A stretch of 64,000 bases of DNA from Thermoplasmata archaeon (GCA_034667725.1 JAXDQS010000004.1:43878-107877); one strand, 5' to 3'; positions 18,572-28,343 are shown, numbered from the stretch's first letter. Program-made: numbers and translations. Notes: generated from the sequence alone by a model not told the origin.

Positions 18572-19225
18572 CTACCGGGTCACTTCCATGCCGCGAATCT
18601 CCTCCATGAGCTCGGGCTTGCGCTCTTGCGCGCGCAGCGCGAGCTCCTCCAGCCGCGGGATGCCAAGCACGCGCTTGGCCTGCGGGAACATCTCCTTTTC
18701 CTCCTCCTCGGCGTGGTGCTCGATCTGCTCCTTGAGGACCATGGCTTGGCCGAGGAACTCCTCGGTGGCGACGTCGCCGCCGCGCATCTTCTCGAGGAGA
18801 TGCTCGACGCTGGCGTGCTCCTCGCGCGCCTCGTAGAACAGGACGCGGCCCTTCTCGGTGCCGACGGCTTGCTTGAAGGCGGGGTAGAACACCTCCTCCT
18901 CCAGCTTGGCGTGCACCATGACCTCGGTGTAGATCTCCTGGAACAGCTCCTCGCGGCCGTAGCCTTCGGCGTTCTCCAGGCGCTTCAGGAGCTTGCGGAC
19001 CTTCTCGTGGTCCTGGAACAGCATCCCCAGGATGCCGGGGTAGGTGGACGAGCCGGTGCGCTTGATGCCGCGGCCGCCGGTGCGGCCGGCGACCTTGCGG
19101 ATGCCGGCGGTCTTGCGGCCGGCGGTGGCGCCGCGGCGGACGGGGGCCTTGCGGCCGATGGTCTTGCGGCCCACGGCCTTGCGGCTGGCGGTGCGGGTGG
19201 TCTTGCGGGAGTTGCGTGCAGGCAT
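18572..19225 (-). CDS. Hemerythrin-like (HHE) domain protein with basic N-terminal repeat
   Basis: DHEKV, HAKLEEEVFYP, EEH, HHAEEEEKEMFP. Confidence 0.85.
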   Translation of the reverse strand: MPARNSRKTTRTASRKAVGRKTIGRKAPVRRGATAGRKTAGIRKVAGRTGGRGIKRTGSSTYPGILGMLFQDHEKVRKLLKRLENAEGYGREELFQEIYTEVMVHAKLEEEVFYPAFKQAVGTEKGRVLFYEAREEHASVEHLLEKMRGGDVATEEFLGQAMVLKEQIEHHAEEEEKEMFPQAKRVLGIPRLEELALRAQERKPELMEEIRGMEVTR

Positions 19226-19289
19226 GGCGGGTGACCCGGGCGCCTACAACGGCGTGGGCGCAAGAACCGCCGCCGTCGCGGCAACCGGG

Positions 19290-20363
19290 CTAGGGGAGGC
19301 GGCGGCGCAGCGCGGCCAGGGCCAGCAGGGCGCCGACGGCGGGGAGCACCAGCACGGCGGGCGCGTCCTTCTCGGTCTCGGCGGCGGGGCGGGTGCGCAG
19401 GTCGCCGCGCGGCAGGCCGCTGCTGCTGGCGTCGTCGAGGGCGTCGAGGACGACCTGGGCCGCGGTGCCGCTGGTCTTGGGCTTGGAGCCCGTGGTGCTG
19501 CTGCTGGAGGAGTTGGGCGTGGGGAACCAGTTGTTGCCGCTGGAGCTGGTGCTGGTGCCCGAGCCGTCCTCGCCGTCGTCGAGGTCCGAGCCCGTCGTGC
19601 CGTCCGAGGAGGTGCCGGTGGTGCCCGCGCCGCTGGAGGTGCTGGACTTGGTCCCGCTGGTGGAGCTGGAGGACGAGCCGGTGGTGGAGGAGCCCGACGT
19701 GCTGGAGGCGCTCGTGGTGGTGGACGAGGAGCTGGAGGTGGTCGAGCCGGAGGGGGGCAGGTGGAAGGTCAGCACCATGGTGGCGGCGCCGGAGCCGTCC
19801 TCGCTGAAGGTGATGCGGTCCTTGGAGGAGGACACGGTGGCGCCGGGCGGGAAGCCCGCGGTGCCGTCGATGATCCAGCCGGCGGGGGCGCGCAGCACCT
19901 GGACGGCGCTGTTGGGCTCGGGGTCCGCGTTCGGGACGTACAGCTTGTGCTCGGAGGCCGAGGCGGCCGGCGGGAAGGTGAGGGTGCGGGTGAGCGTGAG
20001 GTCGATGGGCGAGGTGGCGCCGACGAGGCCGGCCAGGCCGGTGAGGACCGTGACCGTCATGGTGCCGCTGGTGGCGCTGACGTTGTCGACGCGGGGCTCG
20101 GTGGCGCCGACGCCGCTGCCGTAGCTCTCAATGAGGCCCTTGAACCAGGTCTCCTCGGTCGTCGACACGGTGCCGTCGTTGTCGGTGTCCACGGCGTCGC
20201 GCAGGTCGTGGGCGTCGGAGTTGGTGTAGCGGCCGGCCACGGCGTACTCGAGGTGCTCGAGGTCGCTGAACTTCAGGTCGCGGGAGACGGGCACGACGTC
20301 GGCGTTGAGCGCCGGCGCCAACAGGGTGGCGGCAAGCAGGAGCGCAGCGGACAGGCGAAGCAT
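19290..20363 (-). CDS. Secreted surface protein with Ser/Thr-rich stalk and C-terminal anchor
   Basis: Signal peptide; DTDNDGTVSTTE Ca-loop; poly-S/T; APA + TM + RRR. Confidence 0.75.
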   Translation of the reverse strand: MLRLSAALLLAATLLAPALNADVVPVSRDLKFSDLEHLEYAVAGRYTNSDAHDLRDAVDTDNDGTVSTTEETWFKGLIESYGSGVGATEPRVDNVSATSGTMTVTVLTGLAGLVGATSPIDLTLTRTLTFPPAASASEHKLYVPNADPEPNSAVQVLRAPAGWIIDGTAGFPPGATVSSSKDRITFSEDGSGAATMVLTFHLPPSGSTTSSSSSTTTSASSTSGSSTTGSSSSSTSGTKSSTSSGAGTTGTSSDGTTGSDLDDGEDGSGTSTSSSGNNWFPTPNSSSSSTTGSKPKTSGTAAQVVLDALDDASSSGLPRGDLRTRPAAETEKDAPAVLVLPAVGALLALAALRRRLP

Positions 20364-20431
20364 GGCCTACGGCCAGTCCCGGAGGGGGACTTGAAGCTTG
20401 GCAGGGGCCGGGTGTTGCGTTGCCAGTTCGG

Positions 20432-21037
20432 CTAGACGTGGGCCCGGGGCGGGACGCCGACGGCCAGGCGCTCCTCGACGCACTCGGCCACTTCCTGCCA
20501 ATCCTTGACGCGCACCGGGTTGGTGTGCGCCGGGACGTCCCGGTTGTACGGGTGGTCCATCAGGATGGCGAAGGTGCCGTCGGCGGCGGCCATCAGCACG
20601 TTGTGCGGCGCGTCGTCCACCAGGATGTCCCAGCCGACCTTCAGGCGCTGCTCCATCACGAGGTTGTCGTGCGGGATGCCGTGGGTCGCAAGGAAGTGCC
20701 GGGTGGCGGCCTCGGCGTGCAGGCCGCGGGCGGTCACCACGTCGACCTGGTGGCCTTCCGCCTGCCACTTGGCCATGACGCCGGCGGCCAGGCGGTCGCG
20801 CGGCGGCTCGCTGTGCAGCAGGGGGTCGGTCTCGATGTCGCGCATCAGACCGTACACCTTGCTCGGCGGCAGGTCCGCCTCCTGGACTGCCTTGTAGCGG
20901 TAGAAGTCCCAGTGGCGGAAGCCTTCCGCGTTCAGGTCGATGCCGTATCGGTCCCGGAATCCACGCAGGATGTAGGGGACATGGTCAAAGAGGACGCCGT
21001 CGAAATCGACGGCGATCCGGAGTCGTTGTGTCTGCAT
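20432..21037 (-). CDS. HAD-superfamily 5'(3')-deoxyribonucleotidase-like protein
   Basis: VDFDGVL, VTAR, LVDD, PYNR, RVKDW. Confidence 0.82.
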   Translation of the reverse strand: MQTQRLRIAVDFDGVLFDHVPYILRGFRDRYGIDLNAEGFRHWDFYRYKAVQEADLPPSKVYGLMRDIETDPLLHSEPPRDRLAAGVMAKWQAEGHQVDVVTARGLHAEAATRHFLATHGIPHDNLVMEQRLKVGWDILVDDAPHNVLMAAADGTFAILMDHPYNRDVPAHTNPVRVKDWQEVAECVEERLAVGVPPRAHV

Positions 21038-21181
21038 TTGCCCTAGGCATTGGTCGCGCAGGTGGGATAACCCCTTGCGCAGGAAGTCGCTATTGTCGAA
21101 CCGCGGCCTACAGACTTTCCGGATCGGGCCGATGCCTACGCGTTTTTGCAGGTGCCGCTGCGGGCTTGCCCACTGAAGCCT

Positions 21182-21613
21182 TCAGCGGCTCGGAATCTGC
21201 TCTTTGACCTTCCGCCCGGTGTCGAACGCCTTGCCCAGCCGCTCCTCCAGGTACTTGGCGCAGAACGCCTCCAGCTCGGCCGGCAGGGTGTGCTCCATGT
21301 CGCAGGCCGCCTCGTGCGCCTTCTGGTGGTCCATGCCGCAGGCCTCCTGCAGGAACGCCTGCATGATGCGGTGCTTCTCCAGCTGCCGCCGCCCGACCGT
21401 GCGCCCCGACTCCGTGAGCGTCACGCCCTTGTACGGCTCGTACTCGACCAGGCCCGCCTTCTCGAGCTTCTGGATCATGTCCGTGACCGACGGCGGCGCG
21501 ACCTTGAGGTGGCCGGCGATCTCGCCCGTGCGCGCGGCCTTGCCTTCCTCCTCCAGCCGGTAGATGGTCTCCAGATACTCCTGCATCTGCTCGGAGACTG
21601 GTTTCGCGGTCAT
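21182..21613 (-). CDS. DtxR/MntR-family metal-dependent regulator
   Basis: EYLETIY, VAPPSVTDM, YKGVTLT, KHR, ACDMEH. Confidence 0.9.
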   Translation of the reverse strand: MTAKPVSEQMQEYLETIYRLEEEGKAARTGEIAGHLKVAPPSVTDMIQKLEKAGLVEYEPYKGVTLTESGRTVGRRQLEKHRIMQAFLQEACGMDHQKAHEAACDMEHTLPAELEAFCAKYLEERLGKAFDTGRKVKEQIPSR

Positions 21614-21699
21614 GGGAGGCTCCGTCGCGGGGCTGGAGCGAAGCGGAAGCCAGGCCGCGGGACCGCCTTCTTCACGGCGCGCCCAACCCCGCCACGGAC

Positions 21700-22236
21700 C
21701 TAAGCCCGCCGGTCCAGGAGACGGAACAGCACAAGGTCCTGCAACCCAGGGCCAAGGTTCGGCATCGCCTTGTGGCGCGGCAGCAGCCGGTCGCGCACGA
21801 AGCCGCACGCCGCCAGCACCCGCATCGAGGCGTCGTTGCCCAGCGCCACCAGCGCCACGACCGGACGCGCCGGCAGCGCGGCCAGCGCCGCCAGGATGGC
21901 CGACACGGCCTCGCGGGCGTACCCCTGCCCCCACGCGTCGCGCGCCAGCAGGTAGCCGACCTCCCAGCCGAGCGCCGTCGAGCGCACGCCCGCGGCCCCC
22001 AGCAGGCGCCCCGCCCGGTCCTCCACCAGCCAAGGGCAGTCGGTGCCCTCCTGCCAGCCGGCCTCCGCCAGCCGGACGAACGCCGCGGCGTCGTCCAGGC
22101 TGCGGTGCGTCGGCCAGGAGAGGAACCGCGTCACCTCGGGGTCGGAGCCGTAGCGCGCGAAGATGGCGGCCGCGTCGGCGGGAAGCGGCCGGCGCAGGCG
22201 AAGACGCGGGGTCGCCAGCGCTTCCGGGACGGTCAT
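21700..22236 (-). CDS. GNAT (RimJ/RimL-type) N-acetyltransferase
   Basis: TPRLRLR, EVGY, WGQGYA, NDASMRVL..CGF. Confidence 0.88.
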   Translation of the reverse strand: MTVPEALATPRLRLRRPLPADAAAIFARYGSDPEVTRFLSWPTHRSLDDAAAFVRLAEAGWQEGTDCPWLVEDRAGRLLGAAGVRSTALGWEVGYLLARDAWGQGYAREAVSAILAALAALPARPVVALVALGNDASMRVLAACGFVRDRLLPRHKAMPNLGPGLQDLVLFRLLDRRA

Positions 22237-23342
22237 GGCGTCGGCGGGTACTCGATCCCAGGCAGCAGCTGGCGCCTGAGGTGGTCGCGCTGCATGTGGG
22301 TGGTCTCCCCGACGAACTGCAAGGCCCGGACGTCGCGCGCGAACCGCTCGGTGCCGCCCTCGCGCATGAAGCCGGTGCCGCCCTGGATCCGGATGGCCTG
22401 CCGCGTCATGGGCACCGCCATCTCGGCCGCGAACGCCTTGGCGCGGGCGGTCCAGACGCTGGCGTCGGGCGCGTCCATCCGGGCGGCCGCGGCCAGCACC
22501 AGCGACCGCGCCGCTGCCAGCTGGATGTCCATCTGGGTGAGGCCGTCGGAGACCGCCTGGTAGGTGCCGATGGGCGCGCCGAACTGGGTGCGGGTCTCGG
22601 CGAACCGGGCCGCCGCGGACAGCGCGCCGCCAACACAGCCGCACAGCGCCGCCGCCGCGCCGAGCTGGAACCAGAGGCGGGCCTGCGCGACCCGTTGCGT
22701 GCCCTCGCCGGGCGCCCCCAGGACCGCGTCGTCCCCCAGCCGCACCGCGGTCAGGTAGACCGTGCGGATGCCGGCGGCGCGCAGGCCCAAGAGCGGTTCG
22801 TTGGCGCTCAGGCTCACGCCCTCCGTCGCGGCCGGCACCGCGTACAGGGTCGGCCCGCCCGGCGCCTGCGCCAGCAGCAGGAACCACTTGGCGGCCGCCG
22901 CGTTCAGGGCCCAGACCTTCTGGCCCGTGACCTTGGTGCCGTGGCCATCGCCGTTCGGGACGGCGGCGGTGCCCGGCTGCAGCAGGTCGGAGCCGCCCGC
23001 CTCCTCGGTCACGAGGACGGCCGCCAGCTCGCCGCCCGCCAGCCGGGACGCGAACGGCGTGCCTTGGGCGGCGGCGACGGCGGCGTTGTGCGCGACCAGC
23101 GACGCGGCGACGTTGGCGTCCACTTGCGCCAGCTCGTCGATGGCAAGCGCGAACGCGGTGGCGCCGGGGCCGCCGGCGTCGGCGCAGGAGCCCAGGCCGA
23201 GGCCGAGGGCTTCCTGGATGGCCTCCACGGGGAAGCGGTCGTGCCGGTCCGCCTCGGCGGCCGCGTCGAGGCCATGGCGGGCGGCGAACTCGCGCACGGT
23301 GGCCTGGATGAGCGCCTCGTCCTCGGACAGCACGTAGGGCAC
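22233..23342 (-). CDS. Acyl-CoA dehydrogenase family protein (divergent)
   Basis: TEEAGGSD, GQKVW, RTQFGAPI, IQGGTGF, RFARD; canonical catalytic Glu motif altered. Confidence 0.85.
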   Translation of the reverse strand: MPYVLSEDEALIQATVREFAARHGLDAAAEADRHDRFPVEAIQEALGLGLGSCADAGGPGATAFALAIDELAQVDANVAASLVAHNAAVAAAQGTPFASRLAGGELAAVLVTEEAGGSDLLQPGTAAVPNGDGHGTKVTGQKVWALNAAAAKWFLLLAQAPGGPTLYAVPAATEGVSLSANEPLLGLRAAGIRTVYLTAVRLGDDAVLGAPGEGTQRVAQARLWFQLGAAAALCGCVGGALSAAARFAETRTQFGAPIGTYQAVSDGLTQMDIQLAAARSLVLAAAARMDAPDASVWTARAKAFAAEMAVPMTRQAIRIQGGTGFMREGGTERFARDVRALQFVGETTHMQRDHLRRQLLPGIEYPPTP

Positions 23343-23399
23343 GCGAGGTCATCGGCGCGCGTCAGATAGCCGTATCTGCCCGTTCCCGTTCCGTGCGGC

Positions 23400-23783
23400 A
23401 TGGACGACGCCGCGTGGAAGGCGAAGCTGACGCCGGAGCAGTACGAGGTGGCGCGGTGCAGCGCGACCGAGCGGCCGTTCTCGGGGAAGTACTGGAACCA
23501 CAAGGGCGTCGGGATGTACAAGTGCGTGTGCTGCGGGACGCCGCTGTTCAAGTCGGACACCAAGTTCGACTCCGGCACCGGCTGGCCCAGCTTCTGGGCG
23601 GCCGTGGACCGCAGCAAGGTGCGTGAGGTGGAGGACCGCGAGTACGGGATGGTGCGGACGGAGGTGCGGTGCGCGACCTGCGACGCCCACCTCGGGCACT
23701 TGTTCGACGACGGCCCCGACCCGTCGGGCGAGCGCTACTGCATCAACTCCGCCAGCCTGGAGTTCGACGGCAAGGGCAAGTAG
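23400..23783 (+). CDS. msrB: Peptide-methionine (R)-S-oxide reductase
   Basis: [37 protein letters not shown]. Confidence 0.96.
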   Translation: MDDAAWKAKLTPEQYEVARCSATERPFSGKYWNHKGVGMYKCVCCGTPLFKSDTKFDSGTGWPSFWAAVDRSKVREVEDREYGMVRTEVRCATCDAHLGHLFDDGPDPSGERYCINSASLEFDGKGK

Positions 23784-23784
23784 C

Positions 23785-24186
23785 ATGGCCGCCCCCGCCG
23801 CGACCGAGGTCATCCAAGCCACCTTGGCGCCCGCCTTCCTCATCTCGGGCACCTCGGTGTTCCTCAACTTCGCCCAGAACCGCCTGTTCCGCGTCATGGA
23901 CCGCGCCCGCGACCCCGGCGCCAGCGCCGAGGCGGGCGGCCGCGCCAAGCTGCTGCACCGCGCCCGGATGCTGCGCAACGCCATCGCCATGGGCGTGCTG
24001 ACCGTGGCGTTCACAGTGACGAGCGCCATCCTGGTCATGGGCGGCCAGATGTTCGGGTCGCCGGGCCTTGTGGACTCGGCGCCCTACACTTTTGCGCTGG
24101 CGCTGCTGTCGTTCTTCACGGCGCTGCTGTTCGTGTTCGCGGACACGGTGGCGTCGGTGCGCAGCGTCGAGCGGCCACCCGGTTGA
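23785..24186 (+). CDS. DUF2721-like membrane protein
   Basis: IQATLAPAFLISG...NRL.RVMDRAR, three TM helices. Confidence 0.7.
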   Translation: MAAPAATEVIQATLAPAFLISGTSVFLNFAQNRLFRVMDRARDPGASAEAGGRAKLLHRARMLRNAIAMGVLTVAFTVTSAILVMGGQMFGSPGLVDSAPYTFALALLSFFTALLFVFADTVASVRSVERPPG

Positions 24187-24225
24187 AGGACCGCGTTTTG
24201 CCACGCTCCAGCAACCTTAAGCAGA

Positions 24226-24615
24226 ATGGATACCATAGGGTATCTGATGGCATGGGACGAGGGGTCGCCCATCGAACCAATCCCCGAGGACTGGGAGTAT
24301 CAGGTGGCGATCCGCCTCCTGGACCAGGACCCTCCCTTTGACCGGGAGCTCGTGGAGGCCCTCGTGGGCGGCCGCAAGCGCAACGCCGAGCTCAAGGTCC
24401 TGCTCCAGGGCCGCAACGTCAACGTCCTGACCAAGGCCTTGAAGCGGCTGCGCGAGGAGGGCGTCATCCAGTCGGGCCTCACCCAAGACCTCCGGGAACG
24501 GACGTACGCCCTCACGAAACTGGGGGCGCTGGTGGTGTTCCGCCTGCATGAGATGATCCCCTACCACCGCAGCGAAGCCGCCGTCAAGCGCGGCCGCTCG
24601 GCGGCTTCGGCATGA
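24226..24615 (+). CDS. HxlR-like winged-helix protein
   Basis: ELK...VLTKALKRLREEGVI...YALTKLG; CTTAAG box upstream. Confidence 0.7.
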   Translation: MDTIGYLMAWDEGSPIEPIPEDWEYQVAIRLLDQDPPFDRELVEALVGGRKRNAELKVLLQGRNVNVLTKALKRLREEGVIQSGLTQDLRERTYALTKLGALVVFRLHEMIPYHRSEAAVKRGRSAASA

Positions 24616-25067
24616 CGTGGTGGCACAGCCACCCAAACGCCGCCGAGATCGTGCGCAAGCATTGGCGCCAGGCCGAGCTTTGCATCGTGGCCCTGCAGGA
24701 GCCGTGCATCGCCATCGGCAACGACGAACTGCGGAACATCGAGCGCGTCATCCGCGTCGCTGGGGTGGACGACCTTCGGCGCTGGACGCCCCGCAAATCC
24801 TGGTTCGTGGCGGTCATGCTGTGCCCCGGCGACCAGACGGAGGCCTTGGGGGCGACGGTCCTTGAGCTTGGCCTCGATCCGCGCCGGTTCCACTTCTACC
24901 TGCACGCCGCGACGCCGGTCTCGAGCTTGGCCGGCTGGGCCGCCCTGGGCCTTCCGCTCGATGCGGTCGACCAGGACGTCTCGGACTGGAAGGAATTGCA
25001 CAAGCTCCTGGGCGTCCACTTCAACATCCAGATCGTCGACGACGCGACGAGTCCTGCCAAGCCGTGA
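24612..25067 (+). CDS. Hypothetical protein
   Basis: ATGA overlap with the wHTH gene; protein-like composition. Confidence 0.55.
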   Translation: MTWWHSHPNAAEIVRKHWRQAELCIVALQEPCIAIGNDELRNIERVIRVAGVDDLRRWTPRKSWFVAVMLCPGDQTEALGATVLELGLDPRRFHFYLHAATPVSSLAGWAALGLPLDAVDQDVSDWKELHKLLGVHFNIQIVDDATSPAKP

Positions 25068-25079
25068 ACGTCGGCGCCG

Positions 25080-26843
25080 TCAGGCGAGGAAGACCTGCAC
25101 CTTGACCTGGTTCCGGCCCGCGCCCGCCGTCCACGCCAGCGTGACCTGGCGGCTGCCGCGCGGCGGCACCTCGATGCGCTCCTCGGCCACCGTCTTGGTG
25201 TCGAGCTGGAGCACGACGCGCAGCTGCGCCGGCACCGAGCCGTCGTTGTGGATGGTCGCGGTGGTGGCCACCTGGGATCCGGGCCGGGGGCTGGGCGGGC
25301 TGTGGCGGACGTCGGCGAGCTGGATGTCGCGGGCGCTTGCGTAGACCGCCGACTTCGCGGTGGGCTGGGCCTTGACCTCGACCTTGGCGCGGCCGCGGTG
25401 GCTCGACATCGGCGTGCCGTCCTCGCCCAGCGGGACGACGTTGAACTCGACGGTCTGGCGGTCCTTCTCGGTGGCGTCCGCGGGGACCTGGATGCGCAGC
25501 GTGCCTTCCATCGGGCCGTCGTCGGCCGGCATGGCAAGGTCCACCGACTCCTCGAGGCCGCGGCGGCTGCCGCCCATCGAGAGTGCCGCCAGGAAGCCGG
25601 CGCCGTCCGCGTGCAGCACGCCGCGGGCGCTTGCGACCTTGCGCTTGCGGGGCGACACCTCGACCCGGAACTCGGCGGAGCCGCCGGGCGTCACGACGGC
25701 GCGCTTCGGGCTCACGGTCACGGCGACGTAGGGCGTGCGCACCAGGAACAGCGCGAGGAACACGACGGCGACGGCCAGCAGCAGGAAGAACAGCAGCAGC
25801 GCGAGCTCTGCGTACTCGCCCAAGGCGTCGTCGAGGTGGACCGCCTCCGCGAGCGGCGTCAGGAACGCGAGGGCCGGGGGGACCGGCGTGCGCTGCTTGG
25901 CCGGGGGCGGCGGGACGGCGGTGAGCTCGATGGACAAGTCCACTTGGCTGGTGCCGCCGCGGGCGGAGGTCGCGACCACGGGGATGGTGAGGTCGCGCGG
26001 GGCGGGCCCCGTCAGCTGCACGGTCACAGTCACGGGCGCGACCTGGCCCGCCGTCAAGGCGATGGATTGCGGATTGACGCGCAGGTCGGACACGCCGGCC
26101 GGCTTGGGCGGCAGCGCGATCGCGACCACGTCGGGGTCGGTGCCGACGTTGGACACCAGCAGGTCGAAGGTGAGGGTGGCGTTGGCGCTCGCCGTCGTCG
26201 CCGACGCGCCCGTGATGCCGGTCGTGCCGGCGGCGTCGCGCAGCGTGCCGCCTTGGGCCAGCAGCCGCACGCCGGCCTGGATGGGCGGGCGCGGCACCGT
26301 GAACGACGCGGCGCCGGCGTCGGGCGCGCGGTCGAGGGCGCTGGAGTCGTCCTGCGTGACCGGGTCGGGGGCGCTGCCCTCCGACGTGTCCGCTGCGGTG
26401 AGGGTCACGTTGCCGAGCTGGTCGCCGCCGACCGCGTCGATCGACGCCATCGGGACCAGCAGGTGCAGCAGGTTGCCGTCGAGCGTGAGGTTGACGCCGG
26501 GCGCGCCGGTGACGCCGCTGGTGGCGATGGTCAGGGTGAAGGGCGTGCCGCGGGCGGTGCTGTTGGCGTAGCTGGTCGCGCCGCGGTCCACGGTGAAGCG
26601 CAACGTCAGCCGTTCGGTGGCGGTGACCGGGGCGCTGGTGGTGATGGCGAGGTCGAGCACGCTGCCGGCGAGGTCCGCGGTGACGGCGGTGAGGTCCACC
26701 TGATCGAACGGGATGTCGTCCGCGAGCGGGCCGGCGGTGACCACCTGGTCGCCGGACGGGTCCGACAGCACGGCCACCGGGGCTGCGCTGGCCACGCTCG
26801 CGAACGCGACGGCGACCAGCGACAGGAGGGGGAGGAGACGCAT
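25080..26843 (-). CDS. Membrane protein with Ig-like/CARDB domains
   Basis: Signal peptide, beta-rich domains, central TM, C-terminal P.P.PG...TIHNDG...VTLAW. Confidence 0.72.
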   Translation of the reverse strand: MRLLPLLSLVAVAFASVASAAPVAVLSDPSGDQVVTAGPLADDIPFDQVDLTAVTADLAGSVLDLAITTSAPVTATERLTLRFTVDRGATSYANSTARGTPFTLTIATSGVTGAPGVNLTLDGNLLHLLVPMASIDAVGGDQLGNVTLTAADTSEGSAPDPVTQDDSSALDRAPDAGAASFTVPRPPIQAGVRLLAQGGTLRDAAGTTGITGASATTASANATLTFDLLVSNVGTDPDVVAIALPPKPAGVSDLRVNPQSIALTAGQVAPVTVTVQLTGPAPRDLTIPVVATSARGGTSQVDLSIELTAVPPPPAKQRTPVPPALAFLTPLAEAVHLDDALGEYAELALLLFFLLLAVAVVFLALFLVRTPYVAVTVSPKRAVVTPGGSAEFRVEVSPRKRKVASARGVLHADGAGFLAALSMGGSRRGLEESVDLAMPADDGPMEGTLRIQVPADATEKDRQTVEFNVVPLGEDGTPMSSHRGRAKVEVKAQPTAKSAVYASARDIQLADVRHSPPSPRPGSQVATTATIHNDGSVPAQLRVVLQLDTKTVAEERIEVPPRGSRQVTLAWTAGAGRNQVKVQVFLA

Positions 26844-26908
26844 CCCAGGTGCCCGGAGGGAGGCCCAAGATATAAAAACATGAAAAGGGGGTGCACACCC
26901 TGACACCC

Positions 26909-27187
26909 ATGGTCGACGCCGAGCTCACCAAGCGCCTTGTCCGCATCCTCAACGAGCTCGAGGAGCGCTTCGCCCAGGGCACCATCAGCCTGCGCGAGAT
27001 GACCGCCATCGTGGAGAAGGAGAAGATCGCCCACCTCGACGGCTACCTCCGCCGCGCCGGCGCCCTCGACTACCAGTCCCCGAAGCGGTTCTTCCAGGCG
27101 GGCCCCGACCTGAAGTCGGTGCGCGAGGCCCTCAAGAAGGGCAAGGTCCCCCGCGGCCTCGAAGGCCTGCTGGGCGCCGCGTCCTAG
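26909..27187 (+). CDS. Hypothetical protein
   Basis: GATATAAAAA TATA box near 26869-26878; typical GC3 bias. Confidence 0.65.
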   Translation: MVDAELTKRLVRILNELEERFAQGTISLREMTAIVEKEKIAHLDGYLRRAGALDYQSPKRFFQAGPDLKSVREALKKGKVPRGLEGLLGAAS

Positions 27188-27606
27188 GCGGCCGGCCAAC
27201 GGTAAGGCATCTCGGGCCCTTCGGTCCAGCCGAACCGGCCGTACCAGAGCGGGTCCTTGCGGAGCAGGTTGCTCCGGTGCGACGCATGGAACGCCGGGTC
27301 GCCGAGCCACGCCGGCCTGTCGCGCGCCGCCGCCGGGTCCAGCAGCGCCTCGAACAACGGCAGCCGCGTGTCCAGGTAGCCGCGCCGAATCCACTCCTTG
27401 CACACGGCGATGCCGTACTCGGCCAAGGCGTTCTCGTGGCCGCGCCACATCCGCAGCGCCGGATGGTTTCGCCAGCCTTTCGGCTCGTGGACGCCGCGCA
27501 GGATGCGCAGCAGGTGGAGCGCCTCCAGCCGCTGCTTGCCGAGCCGCTGCCGGTCCAGGACCTGGGCGCTTTGGCGGAAGTCCGGGTAAGGCAGGAAGGT
27601 CTGCAC
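27184..27606 (-). CDS. MSMEG_6728 / pyrimidine-dimer DNA glycosylase-like protein
   Basis: QTFLPYPDF...LDRQRLGKQRLE...WRNHPA.RMWRG...SHRSNLLRKDP. Confidence 0.85.
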   Translation of the reverse strand: MQTFLPYPDFRQSAQVLDRQRLGKQRLEALHLLRILRGVHEPKGWRNHPALRMWRGHENALAEYGIAVCKEWIRRGYLDTRLPLFEALLDPAAARDRPAWLGDPAFHASHRSNLLRKDPLWYGRFGWTEGPEMPYRWPAA

Positions 27607-27619
27607 GGCCCGCGCCCGC

Positions 27620-28114
27620 CTACTTCTGCGGGTCGCGGCTGGCACGGATGATGTCGGCCACCCGGCGGGCGCGCTCCATCTTCTCCTTCTCCTCGTCGGT
27701 CTCCGCCACGACGCCAGGCACCGGGATGGGCTTGTTGTTGCGGTCGAGCGCGACGAACGTCATGTAGCAGCTCGCGGTGTGGCGCACCTCCCCCGTGGTG
27801 GGGCTCTCGGCCTCGACCCGGATGCCCACAAGCATGCTGGTGCGGCCGACGTGGCGGACGGTGGCCTTGATGACCAGGATGTCCCCGATGTAGACCGGCT
27901 CGCGGAAGTCCATGCGCTCCAGCGACACCGTGACGACCTTGGGCACGCGGGCATGGCGCCAGGCGGCGACCGCGGCCGCCTCATCGATGTACTTCAGGAT
28001 GGCGCCGCCATGCACGTTGCCGTAGACGTTGGCCTCGTCCGGCGTCATCAGCTTCGACATGGTGGTGGCGGACTGGCGCATCGGCACCGGCGGGATGCCA
28101 GACGGCTTGGGCAT
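27620..28114 (-). CDS. Hotdog-fold acyl-CoA thioesterase (YciA-like)
   Basis: ANVYGNVHGG.ILKYID, F.EPV.IGD, VGRTSM, TFVALD. Confidence 0.9.
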   Translation of the reverse strand: MPKPSGIPPVPMRQSATTMSKLMTPDEANVYGNVHGGAILKYIDEAAAVAAWRHARVPKVVTVSLERMDFREPVYIGDILVIKATVRHVGRTSMLVGIRVEAESPTTGEVRHTASCYMTFVALDRNNKPIPVPGVVAETDEEKEKMERARRVADIIRASRDPQK

Positions 28115-28343
28115 GCCTGCGCGCATCAAGTCAAGGGATTTCAGGGCGAAGGTCCGCGGGCCGGTCCCCTTGCCGGCGGCAAGCCCCGCGGAACACGCCG
28201 GTTTCCCCGATGGAGCGGGCCCGCGGCGAGGTGGGCGCCAAGCTTGTCCACGGACAACGCACGGATTGTTTCCGTCCTGCTGCAGTCGTTTCCAGCTTTC
28301 TCCAGCAACGGTCAAGTAGCGACTTCCGGCCAAGACGCCCTGC

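Noticed and set aside
19440-19760. Low-complexity DNA repeat
   Set aside because: Explained by the Ser/Thr-rich stalk of a surface protein
23400-23783. Selenocysteine recoding in msrB
   Set aside because: The catalytic residue is an ordinary Cys (TGC) and there is no in-frame TGA
27620-28114. Hotdog thioesterase as a member of the PKS cluster
   Set aside because: It lies 8 kb away with unrelated genes between and resembles a generic YciA-type enzyme; kept only as a test candidate
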